A DNA stretch of 64,000 nt from Spirochaetia bacterium (lineage in GTDB: Bacteria; Spirochaetota; Spirochaetia; UBA9216): positions 4,192,001 through 4,256,000 of the forward strand of contig OY776510.1 in the NCBI GenBank assembly GCA_963675665.1, in the 5' to 3' direction. A model generated the notes under the pieces. The model was given only the letters and a program-made list of their open reading frames with translations. It was not told the origin of the DNA and ran no database searches. The translations under genes and the position numbers were made by a program. This document shows, piece after piece, positions 26,316 to 36,710 of this stretch; position 1 is the first letter of the stretch; each line of letters opens with the position of its first letter.

Positions 26316-27506
26316 TCAGCGGTTCCCTTTATATAAAACCGGTTTCTTTCTTGAATTAATATCAATCAATTCGGATGTCACAATGTCAGAACCGTCTTCC
26401 ATCTTGTAGCTTACAAGACCGCCCGGAACTGCATCAGAGAACCACCACAAAGCAACAAAGCCTGTATCATCTGTATATGAATATTCGGTTGTAATAAATG
26501 TTCCTGCTTCTACTATTATTTCAACATCCGGCCTTCCCTCTGCGCCGTAATCATCCCATGTCAGGTATTCCGCCTCCGGGTTGACTGCCGTATCTGCATC
26601 AAGAGAGATAATTTCGTTATCTTCCGTTTTATAAAAAACAGTTTCTACAATATCACTGTCGCCGGTGATATATTCATAATAAAATGATTCTTCATCATCA
26701 CTGTATTCAAGCCCCCACAGGCGTTTTCCGTCATCAAGTTCTGATAACAGCGCCTTTTCAACCGTATACGAAACCGTACCGCTTGAGTCGAAAGACGAAA
26801 TCCGGTGAACGCTGCTCTGCCCCGGCTTGTAGTTTCCGGGATAAAATCCGCCTGCAAAATGCGCGGAATAGTATAGTGTATAGAACTGCAGAAGATACGG
26901 CTGTACGGCAAAGCCTATTGTTGCATCCGGCATAGCCAAACTGATTCCCTTTACATCCGGGGTTTCTCCAAGCTTCAGCCTGACTGATATACCGCCCCCG
27001 GCATATCCGCCCCAGTAACTGCCGTAAAGACCTACAGCGAGGGAATCGGATATGAAATAATTCACCCCTGATTTCGCCGCAAATCCAAAACCTGAATCAC
27101 TCGTTATGAAGTCGAATTTTATACCGGCCTGTGCAAAGAAGTCTATTCTGCCTATGTATTCATCTCCGGGAATATCCAGGCCTCTGAAACCGGCATGAAA
27201 TGTTCCTGACAAGCCTGCTCCCAGTGAAAAATCACTCCCGGGCAACGGGATCCCCACCCGTCCTTTTGCGGCCGCACCTACATCAATAAAGGCAAATTCT
27301 CCCATAATGGGTTTCCATAACAGCATCTCCGCTTCCGGATAAACACTCAGTTGAGTTGATGAACCGCTTTTCTCAACAGCAACATCTCCTCCGAAACTTA
27401 AATTTCGTGTGCCGTACATAGATCCCCAGATAATTTCATCAGCGTAAAGCGTTCCTGCAACTGTAAAAGAGATTAATAAACAAAAAAATACGATAAATCT
27501 TTTCAT
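26316..27506 (-). CDS. Exported hypothetical protein (beta-barrel-like N-half, acidic C-domain with a VEAGTF motif)
   Basis: Signal peptide and a long ORF with GAGG RBS. Confidence 0.65.
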   Translation of the reverse strand: MKRFIVFFCLLISFTVAGTLYADEIIWGSMYGTRNLSFGGDVAVEKSGSSTQLSVYPEAEMLLWKPIMGEFAFIDVGAAAKGRVGIPLPGSDFSLGAGLSGTFHAGFRGLDIPGDEYIGRIDFFAQAGIKFDFITSDSGFGFAAKSGVNYFISDSLAVGLYGSYWGGYAGGGISVRLKLGETPDVKGISLAMPDATIGFAVQPYLLQFYTLYYSAHFAGGFYPGNYKPGQSSVHRISSFDSSGTVSYTVEKALLSELDDGKRLWGLEYSDDEESFYYEYITGDSDIVETVFYKTEDNEIISLDADTAVNPEAEYLTWDDYGAEGRPDVEIIVEAGTFITTEYSYTDDTGFVALWWFSDAVPGGLVSYKMEDGSDIVTSELIDINSRKKPVLYKGNR

Positions 27507-27625
27507 TTTTTTCCTCACATTATTATTTAATTTTTACCGTTTCATAATTATATAGCAACAATGGAATTTTTAACATCAAAAAATGAAGAGCTATGAGACC
27601 TGGTTTTCCTGTTTCTTAAATTTAT

Positions 27626-27658
27626 AAAGGGGATATCCGATAACTGTCGGATATCCCC
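27626..27658 (-). terminator. flaA terminator
   Basis: GGGGATATCCGA-N6-TCGGATATCCCC, a perfect 12-bp stem. Confidence 0.8.
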
Positions 27659-27684
27659 GGTTATAACATCGAAAGTTTCAGATT

Positions 27685-28638
27685 CTATTCTTCAGCTTCA
27701 GCGTGCATCAGCTGCTTTTCAATGTATCTGAGAACCTGCTTGTTGCCGAGTCTTTCATACTCAGCATTTCTTCTTGCTTCTTCCCTGTCTCCGAGAATGC
27801 CCCAGAGAGCTTCATCATCGATATCGGTCTGAAGGTTAAGAACTGCCTTATCATAAGTAAGGGTTATGTCCTTGATGTATGAAATAAAATCTCCACCTTC
27901 CTGGGCTGCGTCTTTATAGAAAACAATACCGCCGAGTTTGTAAAAGGGTGTAGCCTTCGGATACAGCGGGCTCTTTGAAAGTTCTCTGTCTCTTACGTCC
28001 TCAATATAGTTGGGATTATTCCATGTGATGGTTTTCCAGCCGTCAAAATCAAGATAACTCATGAAAATATTCTTTTCTACATGGTTCTGGTCAATAAGAA
28101 TAACACCAAAACCGTTAGGATAGTTTTTACCGAGAATGTTTATAGTTACACTCTTAAGTACGCCGATGTTCTTGATTACGCCGAAGCTGTCAAATTTAAT
28201 ACCCTGAGCATCCTGCTCGTCAGCTTTTTCAAAAGCGGGGATATCAAAGGGAGGTCTGATAATGGCCCATGAATTATAGGGCTCTTCCGGGAAATGGATT
28301 CTGGTCCCCATTACAGTCTCTCCGCCGTATCTGGTTGCGCCGTCTTTTACCGGTGCAGGAAGGACGTATGAAAACCTTCTGTTTGTAACAGTCTTTGCTG
28401 ATGATGCAAGTTCTACTTCCCAGTTTGCGATTGAAAGCGAGGTTTTCATGTATTCTTTTTCTTCATCCGTAAAGCCTGCTCCGGCTTTATCAGAGAAATC
28501 AATGAAAGTTGCTTCATTTTCACCGTCATCTCTATCAGCAGCAAGCTGCGCAAAATCTATAAGTACCGATTCTTCTGCAAAAACAGGAAATGCTGCCAAC
28601 ACCAGCACTATACAAAGAAGAATTCCGAAACGTTTCAT
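27685..28638 (-). CDS. flaA: Periplasmic flagellar filament sheath protein FlaA
   Basis: Signal peptide, EESVLIDFAQL, NWEVELASSA, FDGWKTITWNNPNY and DIDDEALWGI. Confidence 0.95.
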   Translation of the reverse strand: MKRFGILLCIVLVLAAFPVFAEESVLIDFAQLAADRDDGENEATFIDFSDKAGAGFTDEEKEYMKTSLSIANWEVELASSAKTVTNRRFSYVLPAPVKDGATRYGGETVMGTRIHFPEEPYNSWAIIRPPFDIPAFEKADEQDAQGIKFDSFGVIKNIGVLKSVTINILGKNYPNGFGVILIDQNHVEKNIFMSYLDFDGWKTITWNNPNYIEDVRDRELSKSPLYPKATPFYKLGGIVFYKDAAQEGGDFISYIKDITLTYDKAVLNLQTDIDDEALWGILGDREEARRNAEYERLGNKQVLRYIEKQLMHAEAEE

Positions 28639-28676
28639 CTAATTGCTCCTTATCAAATTAATTGCTTGTATATAAA

Positions 28677-28704
28677 ATTATACGAACTGTAGACTGTTTG
28701 TCAA
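28677..28704 (-). promoter_or_regulatory. Sigma70 promoter of flaA
   Basis: TTGACA-N16-TATAAT, with the -35 overlapping the GerMN stop; AAGGAG RBS. Confidence 0.85.
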
Positions 28705-29198
28705 CGATTTTTATTTTTTTTCAACATTTCGCCGCCGCCTACAGCCGGTTCTCCGCCTATTGCCGTTTTCACCTCCTTTACCTCAGGAAAATTGAATACT
28801 ACCGCCTTTCCAACTGCTCCGATGATGTCTGTAATGCTCATTGGAACATACTCGGCAGTAGTGATCAGATTCTCTGAAAACCCGAGGTAAAGAGTGCCTT
28901 CATCAAACAGCAGACTTTCGAGTTTTACTTCCTGCGGAAAAAGCCTGTACAGATCTATTGAAACCGGACCGAGCAGTAATTCTTCGATATACAGCTCGAT
29001 ATTTCCTCCTGTTTCATCCCTCTCCGGCAGTCTTCTGAGCTCTCCGTGCAAGCTCTGACCCTCTTCATCAGGAAAAAAAAGAACCCTCTCAACTCTTCTG
29101 TCGGCATCAACTACCATAAAAACAAGAGCCAACAGAAAAAAAACTATCAAGAGGGACAGCAGAATTAAAAATTTCCTAGAAAAGCGCTTTATTCCCAT
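28701..29198 (-). CDS. GerMN-domain membrane-anchored protein
   Basis: N-terminal TM; LFFP..E.R, EELLLGP and FP.VKEV motifs. Confidence 0.75.
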   Translation of the reverse strand: MGIKRFSRKFLILLSLLIVFFLLALVFMVVDADRRVERVLFFPDEEGQSLHGELRRLPERDETGGNIELYIEELLLGPVSIDLYRLFPQEVKLESLLFDEGTLYLGFSENLITTAEYVPMSITDIIGAVGKAVVFNFPEVKEVKTAIGGEPAVGGGEMLKKNKNR

Positions 29199-29200
29199 AA

Positions 29201-30235
29201 TTACTCTGAATACCCCCTGGTGCGTTCATAATCATTTATAAAATCGACTATTCCATTATAGATGCCCTTGCTCAGTTTCTTCAAGTACGGCGCTGAAGAT
29301 AAAAGAACAGCCTCTTCCTGGTTTGTGACAAAACCCAGTTCGATTAATACCGAAGGCATACGCGCTTTCCGAACAACAAACCAGGACTCTTCCTTGAGAC
29401 CGCGGTTATCAGTAATATTACCAATTTGTTCATCAAGCGAAACAAGAAGCTTTTCCCCGAGTAATACGCTTTCAACAGTAAACTCCTCTTCAAGCATTGT
29501 GTTCAGAATGGGTAGTACATCTGAATCAACATCATTAAAACTATCTAAATTTATCAAATCCCGCCGGTATTCAGGCGGGAGACACCAGACCTCAAATCCT
29601 TTTGCTTTTGTGTTAAATGAGGCATTTGCATGAATTGATATAAAGATCCTGGATTCATCATCGGCTAACTCTACGGAATTTGCGACTTCCGTCCTCTCAT
29701 CAAGCTCCGGATACCAATCATAGTTTCTTGTCAGTATTATTTTCTTGTCGGGGTAACGAGCCTCGAGTAGTTTTGCCGTTTCGAGGGCTGTCTGGAGAAC
29801 GACATCCTTTTCCATTAACGATTTCTTTTCGCCGTCCAGCATATAATAACCAATCGCGCCCGGGTCTTTTCCGCCGTGACCGGGATCAAGCACAATATAT
29901 CTTATACCCAATGAAGAGCCGGCATCCGCGGCAAAAAAAGCCGCAACATCAGCGGCCGTAGCGCTGTCAATCAGAAAATTTCCTTCTTCCGTTTTTTCCG
30001 TTTTCAGGTTCATCCTGATTTCATTCATATTAACTATATACCAGGAACAGCCTTCGGAAAAACGAACAACTGATCTGCCTTTTCTTAGTTCATAAAGACC
30101 TTTCCAGTAATCATAACGCAGTTCACAGCCGCAGTTTTCCGACAGCTGAAGAATATCAATAAACTGTTCTTCAGCGGCGGCACCGTGAGACAGAAAAAAT
30201 AAAAAAATCAGCAGTAAAACCGGAAAACGATTCAT
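29201..30235 (-). CDS. N-acetylmuramoyl-L-alanine amidase (Amidase_3)
   Basis: LDPGHGGKDPGA, MEKD, FISIHANA and PSVLIELGF. Confidence 0.95.
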   Translation of the reverse strand: MNRFPVLLLIFLFFLSHGAAAEEQFIDILQLSENCGCELRYDYWKGLYELRKGRSVVRFSEGCSWYIVNMNEIRMNLKTEKTEEGNFLIDSATAADVAAFFAADAGSSLGIRYIVLDPGHGGKDPGAIGYYMLDGEKKSLMEKDVVLQTALETAKLLEARYPDKKIILTRNYDWYPELDERTEVANSVELADDESRIFISIHANASFNTKAKGFEVWCLPPEYRRDLINLDSFNDVDSDVLPILNTMLEEEFTVESVLLGEKLLVSLDEQIGNITDNRGLKEESWFVVRKARMPSVLIELGFVTNQEEAVLLSSAPYLKKLSKGIYNGIVDFINDYERTRGYSE

Positions 30236-31775
30236 CTATAAGCTTCTCCGGTGATCTTTTCGGAGCTTTCAATAAACCAGACTCCCCCCTGAACTCCTCC
30301 GCGCAGAAAGGCTTTCCAGAACCCTGAATTTAAATCATTTTCCGTACATTCCGTCAGGTCAAATACTCTTCCAAGTGCCTGTTTTAACCCCAAACCGTGC
30401 CAGTCTACAGCTGCTTCATGCTCAATTTCCGGAAGAAGCGCGGAACCGCCTGCGTTAAGCTCTTCCATGACACGGATATCCGACGGCTGCGTAAGCACAA
30501 ATGCATCCGGAACCCAGCTGTATGTTTTCCCGCTAATAAAATCCCCGGTTTGCGAATCGCCCGGTTCAAGCCTGAAAAACAGCTTCCTGACCGCTTCTTC
30601 AGCTGCTGCTGAAGCACAGTCCCTGTCCTCAGCGGCTGATATGCAGTTCGCACATTTCTGAACGTTATTTACCGGAAAGGAAACCCTGTCTCCGGATGTA
30701 CCATAATGAAAACATCCTTTATATATTCCACCGATTCGGCATCTTTAATCTTTTCGACCGACTTAATCCGTCCCGGGATTGATAATGCCGCTCTTTCCGC
30801 TGAAACCAGGTTTTTTTCCGGTTTCAGCCTGCCGGGGTTTTTTCCCGCTGCGATGCGGATTGCGGACAGGGTAACATTGATTCCGCTGTGATACGGAAAG
30901 GTCCAGCCCGACATGAATCCGCCGGAAAGCCGGGCGGCAATTTCGCCTATCATGGGCCCTTTTGACGGTGAATACTTCATATCGCCTTTTGCGGCCCCCT
31001 GCTCTATTCCAAGCGCGGCAACACCGCGTTTGAATACTTCAATCACCCCGGCCTGTACGTCGCTGTCGTAAGCCGACGGCATTGTATGGCCCATTTCAAT
31101 AAAATACGGCGGAAAATAAATATGCCTGTCTGCAAATCCGCATATTGTTATTTCACCGTCGTAAACAAGCGCGTCGAGGCTGAATTCCGGACCGTCGATA
31201 AACTCCTCAACCAAAGCTTCCGAACTTCGAGAAGCGGCAAGCGCATTGGCCACTGCGGCTGTAACAGCTTCGCGATCTTCAATTCTTTCAATTTTAACAA
31301 CACCGCGGGCGCCCATACTGTCTACCGGTTTGATTACTACGGGAAAATCGAGGTTCTGACAGGCTTCAAATGCCTCTTCGGCGCTTCGTACCGGGTAAAA
31401 TGCAGGCGAAGGCACACCGGCCTCGGAAAAGGCCCTGCGCATCAATATTTTATTGCTTGCAGTCATTGCAGTCGTATAATCTATTCCGGGCAATCCTGCG
31501 GCCGTCGCCGCATAAGCAACAGTAGCGGAAAAATCCGTTCCAGCCGTAAATACCGCGGCAAGTTTCTCATTCTTCCTGAGCCGGACAGCTTCTTCAGCTA
31601 TCGCCCTGTGGTCCTTGAGATCAATCCTGCTGAACCCGTCCGCCAGGGGAATTCCCGGAGCCTCCGGATTGACATCGGCAACAAACACGCGGTACCCTTC
31701 TTTCCGGGCCGCCTTTATTGCCGGTATCTGCATTATACCCCCGCCAAGTATCAGTATTGATTCTCTGTTCAACAA
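30232..31775 (-). pseudogene. ATP-grasp ligase, frameshifted near 30693 (real lesion or sequencing error)
   Basis: ATP-grasp motifs VIKPVDSMGARGV, EEFIDGPEFS and EIAARLSGG. The -1 frame continues GDRVSFPVNNVQKCANC... to a stop at 30232 that overlaps the amidase ATG. Confidence 0.85.
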
Positions 31776-31785
31776 TATTCTCCGT

Positions 31786-33582
31786 TTACTTCAGTTTTAC
31801 AGCATACACTTCAAACGTGTCGCCGAGCAAGAAAAACCGGCCTGAAAGACTGAAGATAAAATCAGCTGCCTTCCTTACAGGCGCCGGAAGCAAATCATAA
31901 AGATCTCTGCGCAGGAATCTTTCCGGATGAATTACCGGACATTCAATGCTTTTTACCCTGAATCCGTATCCGGACAGAAGCCTTTTTGCAGCTCCGGGGC
32001 TCCAGACAGTATAATGATCAAGAGGATTTTTGTTAAGGAATCCGGCTGCAGATTTTTTTGCAGTTATTCCCCTGAAATTGGGTGTTGAGAAAGCAAACAC
32101 ACCTCCGGGCTCAAGCAGGTTGTTTATTCTCGACAGTACAGCGGGCAGGTCATGCATATGCTCTATTACATACCACATGGTTACCGCATTAAAATCTGCG
32201 TTTTCAGATATAATCGCCTCAGGCTGCTCTATCGATACGGCTTCGGCTTTATAACCAAGTTCGTTTTTTATCCAGTCGACGGCATTTAAAGATACATCAA
32301 TTCCCCTGACCTTAAAACCTGATTCATCTGCAGCCGCCAGAAACGGTCCGTAGCCGCATCCGATATCAAGCAGCATACCGTCCCGCCGGTATTTCCTGAT
32401 AACTCCGCATCTTCTGATTCCGTCGGTTTTAATTTTTTCAAAATCTTCAAGATATGTACGGCCGTACTGTTTTTTATAGTCTTCAAAAAAATATTCTGAC
32501 CCGTAATCCGGAGTTTTATTGCCGAAATACATCTGGTTTACAAGCCCGCAGGCATCACATTGAAAAAAGCTTCGATCCCGATCCCGGTAAATAATTTTGT
32601 GCTTGACGCTGCCGCATCCGCGACATTTCCGTACGGATAACTTTAAATTCATTATATAATCGGCAAGATCCATCCTTGAAACTTTTGAATAGGAATCAAC
32701 AGCCCTGAATAATCTTTCTGTATTCTGCAGCAGGTTATCCAGCTTGGCGGCATCAGGTTTATTGATGCCTATTTCGGGTATTCCGGCCCTTACCGAAAGA
32801 CTTCGATGATATGCCGAGGGATTTAAAAGAACAACCGGTGTCATACTGTACAGAGCTTCAAAACAGGTAAGCCCGAAAAGAGTAAAAACAAGATCATAAT
32901 TTCTTAACATGGCAGCCAGGTTCTCAGGCGCTTCAAGGATTTTAACTTCCGCAGGCAGATCCGCATTCCTGAAAAACGGACCTTTGACAACTGTAATCTG
33001 ATCGAGTCTTATTATCCCGGTATCATCAATCATTTCCAGAAGCCTTTCAGTCAATCCCCCGCCGTCTTCACCGCCGAAGGATACCAGGACGTTTTTAAAA
33101 TTTCCGGTAAAACCTGAATTTTCCGCCGGCGGCTGTTCCGGAAGGTTCAGAAACCCCGGAGAGCCGATGTTCGGCTCTGTCTTTTCAAGATTCGGCAGAA
33201 CATCTATCAGGTAATCAAAGAATTCCCTCGCTGCTCCGCCTTCATCTATTCCGACAGTGAATGTTCTTCCCAGGAAATTTGAAAGCCGCGGCACAGAGGT
33301 TTCTCTTGTATCAAAGATGCAGATGTCCCATTCCGACGGAACAGCCTCGGTTAATATTTCTATTTTTCGGACGCTTCCGGCGGGAAACAGCTGCCGGATA
33401 TCTTCTTTTGTATAGCAGTCGTGAGATCTTGAGGTAACGGAATCAGCAAAAATGTAAGCATGGGCTCCGCATGCCGACAGCCTCTGCGCCAGCTTTATCG
33501 ACCGCCTGATATGCCCGCTTCCGTTTCCCTTTTTTATGGACGGAATAATCAGTATCCGTTTTTTTTGAATACGGGGGCTCAT
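31786..33582 (-). CDS. PseG/SpsG-like GT-B domain fused to a Zn-ribbon class I SAM methyltransferase
   Basis: GNGSGHIRR and VLVSFGGED; CRGC...CDAC; LLDIGCGYG; WYVIEH; LEPGG..STPN. Confidence 0.85.
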   Translation of the reverse strand: MSPRIQKKRILIIPSIKKGNGSGHIRRSIKLAQRLSACGAHAYIFADSVTSRSHDCYTKEDIRQLFPAGSVRKIEILTEAVPSEWDICIFDTRETSVPRLSNFLGRTFTVGIDEGGAAREFFDYLIDVLPNLEKTEPNIGSPGFLNLPEQPPAENSGFTGNFKNVLVSFGGEDGGGLTERLLEMIDDTGIIRLDQITVVKGPFFRNADLPAEVKILEAPENLAAMLRNYDLVFTLFGLTCFEALYSMTPVVLLNPSAYHRSLSVRAGIPEIGINKPDAAKLDNLLQNTERLFRAVDSYSKVSRMDLADYIMNLKLSVRKCRGCGSVKHKIIYRDRDRSFFQCDACGLVNQMYFGNKTPDYGSEYFFEDYKKQYGRTYLEDFEKIKTDGIRRCGVIRKYRRDGMLLDIGCGYGPFLAAADESGFKVRGIDVSLNAVDWIKNELGYKAEAVSIEQPEAIISENADFNAVTMWYVIEHMHDLPAVLSRINNLLEPGGVFAFSTPNFRGITAKKSAAGFLNKNPLDHYTVWSPGAAKRLLSGYGFRVKSIECPVIHPERFLRRDLYDLLPAPVRKAADFIFSLSGRFFLLGDTFEVYAVKLK

Positions 33583-34259
33583 CCGGACCGCCTTTCACTC
33601 TTCAGCCATGGAATTATTTCTGTTATCGAAAGCGGTCTACCCTCGTACAAATCCGAATACAGCGACTGCAGCTTTTTATAATCAGCTGCAGTATCAACGG
33701 TTACGGAGGAACCCGGAAAACAAAATTTTTCAGGGGCTCTGATTCGATTTATCCTGAACCTGTCGGGATTCCTGTAAAGATACGGGCTTACATGTTCATG
33801 ATCATACGGCTCATCCGATTCGGCAGCGGCGGTTTGCAGCGCGGCAAGATTCAAAACCTCGACGCCTGTACCAAGCGGCATATCATCATAACCGCTGTAG
33901 TCGGCGCCGGAATCAATATGCGATGCAAGTATCATGGCCGCAGCATTGCTGTCGACCAGCGGGTTGTCACCGGTTGCCCTGATAATAACAGTCGGGCCGA
34001 ATTTTTCGGCAGCTTTGATAAACCTGTCGAGAACATCCTCGGCCGATCCCTCAAAAATACTGAAACCGCAGGCTTCCGCCAGCGGCTTTAAGCCTGAATA
34101 ACTTTCATGATCGGTCAGAATGACATGATCATCCGTTTCGACCGATCCGAGCGCTTCCATTGCATGAGTTATTATTGCTTTTCCTTCCAGTTCAAGCAGC
34201 GCCTTTCCGGGAAGCCGCGTTGAACCGAGTCTGGCCTGAAGAAAAACTGCCGTTTTCAA
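33579..34259 (-). CDS. SpsF-like cytidylyltransferase (acylneuraminate CT family)
   Basis: QARLGSTRLPGKAL, GSAEDVLDRF, RATGDNP, EHVS and TVDT. Confidence 0.9.
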   Translation of the reverse strand: MKTAVFLQARLGSTRLPGKALLELEGKAIITHAMEALGSVETDDHVILTDHESYSGLKPLAEACGFSIFEGSAEDVLDRFIKAAEKFGPTVIIRATGDNPLVDSNAAAMILASHIDSGADYSGYDDMPLGTGVEVLNLAALQTAAAESDEPYDHEHVSPYLYRNPDRFRINRIRAPEKFCFPGSSVTVDTAADYKKLQSLYSDLYEGRPLSITEIIPWLKSERRSG

Positions 34260-34261
34260 GC

Positions 34262-35224
34262 TTAAATCTCCGGAGCTTCCCAGATTTCAGTGATGCTGCG
34301 GGCATCCATCTTAAACCTGTATTTATTCTCTTCAACCCATTCGCGGGCTTCGCGGAACTCTCTGAGGGCTGTAAAAAGGCCTTCTCCGCTGCGGAGATAA
34401 TATGACATGAACCTGTTTTTCGGAATAACTCCGTAATCGCCGTCAAAACGAACTGTAAGGTTCTTAAGATAAAAAAACCTGTAACTTTTTCCGGGCGTGG
34501 TGGATTCCTCCGGAATATCATCAAGGTATTTAACCCGAAGAGAGGTCTTGCACTGGATTTTTTCACCCCACATATAAGCCCTGAAACCGAAATCCATCTT
34601 CTGCCACCATCTGCTGTTGATTCTGCCGTCGTAGCCTCCGAGCCTGATAAACAGTTCCTTGTTATATATACCCGAATAATCAAAGGGAAAAAGACTGTCC
34701 ATACCGTCAACCGACGGCGGCAGCTGAACAATCTTCAGCGAACGCTTCATAAACGCCGGACTCATTATGGTCGGAACTGTAGACTGCCGGCGCGACTGTA
34801 TAAGAGGCACAGCGCAAAGCGAATCGGAAAGCGAAACCTGTTCAAGAAGCCTGTCGGACAAACTGCCTGCTGCGGCATTCATATCATCGTACATAACAAA
34901 CACGTATTTTGATTCCGACTCTTCAATACCGATATTAATCTTTTCGCCTTCAGTGGTTTTTTTATGAATTCTTATAAACCGAATTGCGGGGAACCTTACG
35001 GACAACGATTCAACATCATACCCGGCACCGCCGCCTTCAATGGAAATTATCTCATGCACATTCAATTTACTGAGAACTGAAAGGGTTTCGGATTTAAACA
35101 CCCTCCCCGCCCTGTTCAGCAGCACTATGGAAATCAGGGGCGGTCGGCGTCTTACCTCCGGCTCGCGCTTCCCCCCGATAACAGTATAATTAACTTTATC
35201 AATAGTTATAGGTATAGTATTCAT
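34262..35224 (-). CDS. Glycosyltransferase family 2-like protein
   Basis: ISIVLLNR, INIGIEE..S.YVFVMYDD, LGGYD and DFGFRA. Confidence 0.75.
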   Translation of the reverse strand: MNTIPITIDKVNYTVIGGKREPEVRRRPPLISIVLLNRAGRVFKSETLSVLSKLNVHEIISIEGGGAGYDVESLSVRFPAIRFIRIHKKTTEGEKINIGIEESESKYVFVMYDDMNAAAGSLSDRLLEQVSLSDSLCAVPLIQSRRQSTVPTIMSPAFMKRSLKIVQLPPSVDGMDSLFPFDYSGIYNKELFIRLGGYDGRINSRWWQKMDFGFRAYMWGEKIQCKTSLRVKYLDDIPEESTTPGKSYRFFYLKNLTVRFDGDYGVIPKNRFMSYYLRSGEGLFTALREFREAREWVEENKYRFKMDARSITEIWEAPEI

Positions 35225-36704
35225 CGCATTTCCCGCAAATGCCGGGATACTCCCCTTTCAAATGCTGTCGGTAATTTTTATTTCCTTTTTCCCATATTTC
35301 CCGGAGATTATCTTTGAAGATATTCCCGCAGACCATCGAACTGTCGAGATCATCCCGGCAAAGCGGGACCGTGCCGTCAGTCAGGATAGCCAGATCTCTT
35401 TTTAGATGCCAGCAGGGAAGCCGTTTCACGGGAGAAAGATCTGTAACTTTTCTCTGTTCAAGGCGGCCGCAGCACCAGTCATATTTCTGTATGATAACAT
35501 TATTTGTCTTCTCTTTCCAATATTTATAGAACTGTTCTGTATCTTTCTCGTTCATCTTCATTCTGACGGTCTGTATCCAGGTATTTGAGGGAAACTCCGA
35601 AACAAGCATCTCTGCAAATGCGTATGCCTCAGCCCGGCCGTCTCCGCGCAATTCACTATACAGCTGTTCATCAAGGGCATCCAGATCAACTATCCATGTC
35701 AGCCGGCTCTGATCCAGACCTGATATTTTGTCAAGCTCAGCCTGCTTCCAGCCGATTCCGGATGTTTCCACAAGCAGATTAAAGTCCGGATAGGATAAAA
35801 CCCTTTCTGCCATGCCTGATGGGCTGCTGTGAAGGGAAGGTTCGTTCCTGATTGACAGGCTGATTACTGCATCTTCCGAAAAATCGGCTATCCCGGCAAG
35901 CGCTGTTGAAAAATCTTCAACCGCCATCTCGCCTCCGTTATCTATTCCGCCGCTTTGCCAGGGCTCCGGCATATAACTGATTTTCTGTGGATGAACGGAC
36001 GTAATTTCAAATTCATAGAATACGGGAAGAGATCTGAGAAACTCGCCCCTGCTGCGTACTGTTTCGAGAATTGAATCTGCACAGCCTGTTTTATCCGATA
36101 CCTTCACCGCGGAAGTGATTGATTTTAACTGTAAATAATTTCGTCTTGTATCGGGGAAAAGCGAAACTCTAAGAAGCCGCTGATCATCCGGCGAGATTTC
36201 GGTTTCAATCTCAAAAGCATTAATATCTTTTTCGATTAAAGAAAAAAGGGTGTCTCTGCCTGCCTCGACTTCGGTTCCTTCCGCCAGTTTTGCCAGCATG
36301 GGCAGCACGGAGGTTTTAATAATCTCAACCCCGATACCTGCCGGAAAGCCGTCGGCGAATGTATATTCGCAAAAGTATTTTACATGGTTCTTATACATTT
36401 TATCTGCGAGCTTCGGATCAACAAGAGGGCAATCACCGAAATAATAGATAATATTATCATACCCGGCTGACAACTTCGTTAAAAGTTCTATCAGGCCGGC
36501 TGCAGTCAGCATTGAAGACCTGTATACATCAAATCCCGGAAACGCTGTTTCCGATTGCTCTGAAGTGATAATCGTTCTGCCTTTAATATCAGGCATCTGA
36601 ACTGCGGCTTCGGTTGCATAATCGATTGAGGATTTTCCGTCTGTTAATTCTTTGTATGCATATTTTGAAACATTTAAAATATTGAGTATTACGATATTAT
36701 TCAT
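35199..36704 (-). CDS. Spiro-SPASM protein (cytidylyltransferase-like domain, degenerate radical SAM domain, SPASM domain)
   Basis: EYTFADGFP, ETEISP.D.R and C-terminal PCWHLKRD..GTVPLC...CGKCDEYYTYNY. No CxxxCxxC motif. Confidence 0.85.
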   Translation of the reverse strand: MNNIVILNILNVSKYAYKELTDGKSSIDYATEAAVQMPDIKGRTIITSEQSETAFPGFDVYRSSMLTAAGLIELLTKLSAGYDNIIYYFGDCPLVDPKLADKMYKNHVKYFCEYTFADGFPAGIGVEIIKTSVLPMLAKLAEGTEVEAGRDTLFSLIEKDINAFEIETEISPDDQRLLRVSLFPDTRRNYLQLKSITSAVKVSDKTGCADSILETVRSRGEFLRSLPVFYEFEITSVHPQKISYMPEPWQSGGIDNGGEMAVEDFSTALAGIADFSEDAVISLSIRNEPSLHSSPSGMAERVLSYPDFNLLVETSGIGWKQAELDKISGLDQSRLTWIVDLDALDEQLYSELRGDGRAEAYAFAEMLVSEFPSNTWIQTVRMKMNEKDTEQFYKYWKEKTNNVIIQKYDWCCGRLEQRKVTDLSPVKRLPCWHLKRDLAILTDGTVPLCRDDLDSSMVCGNIFKDNLREIWEKGNKNYRQHLKGEYPGICGKCDEYYTYNY

Positions 36705-36710
36705 AGTCAG

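Noticed and set aside
30669-30745. Programmed -1 ribosomal frameshift or phase variation in the ATP-grasp gene
   Set aside because: No in-frame X-XXY-YYZ heptamer or long homopolymer at the likely site.
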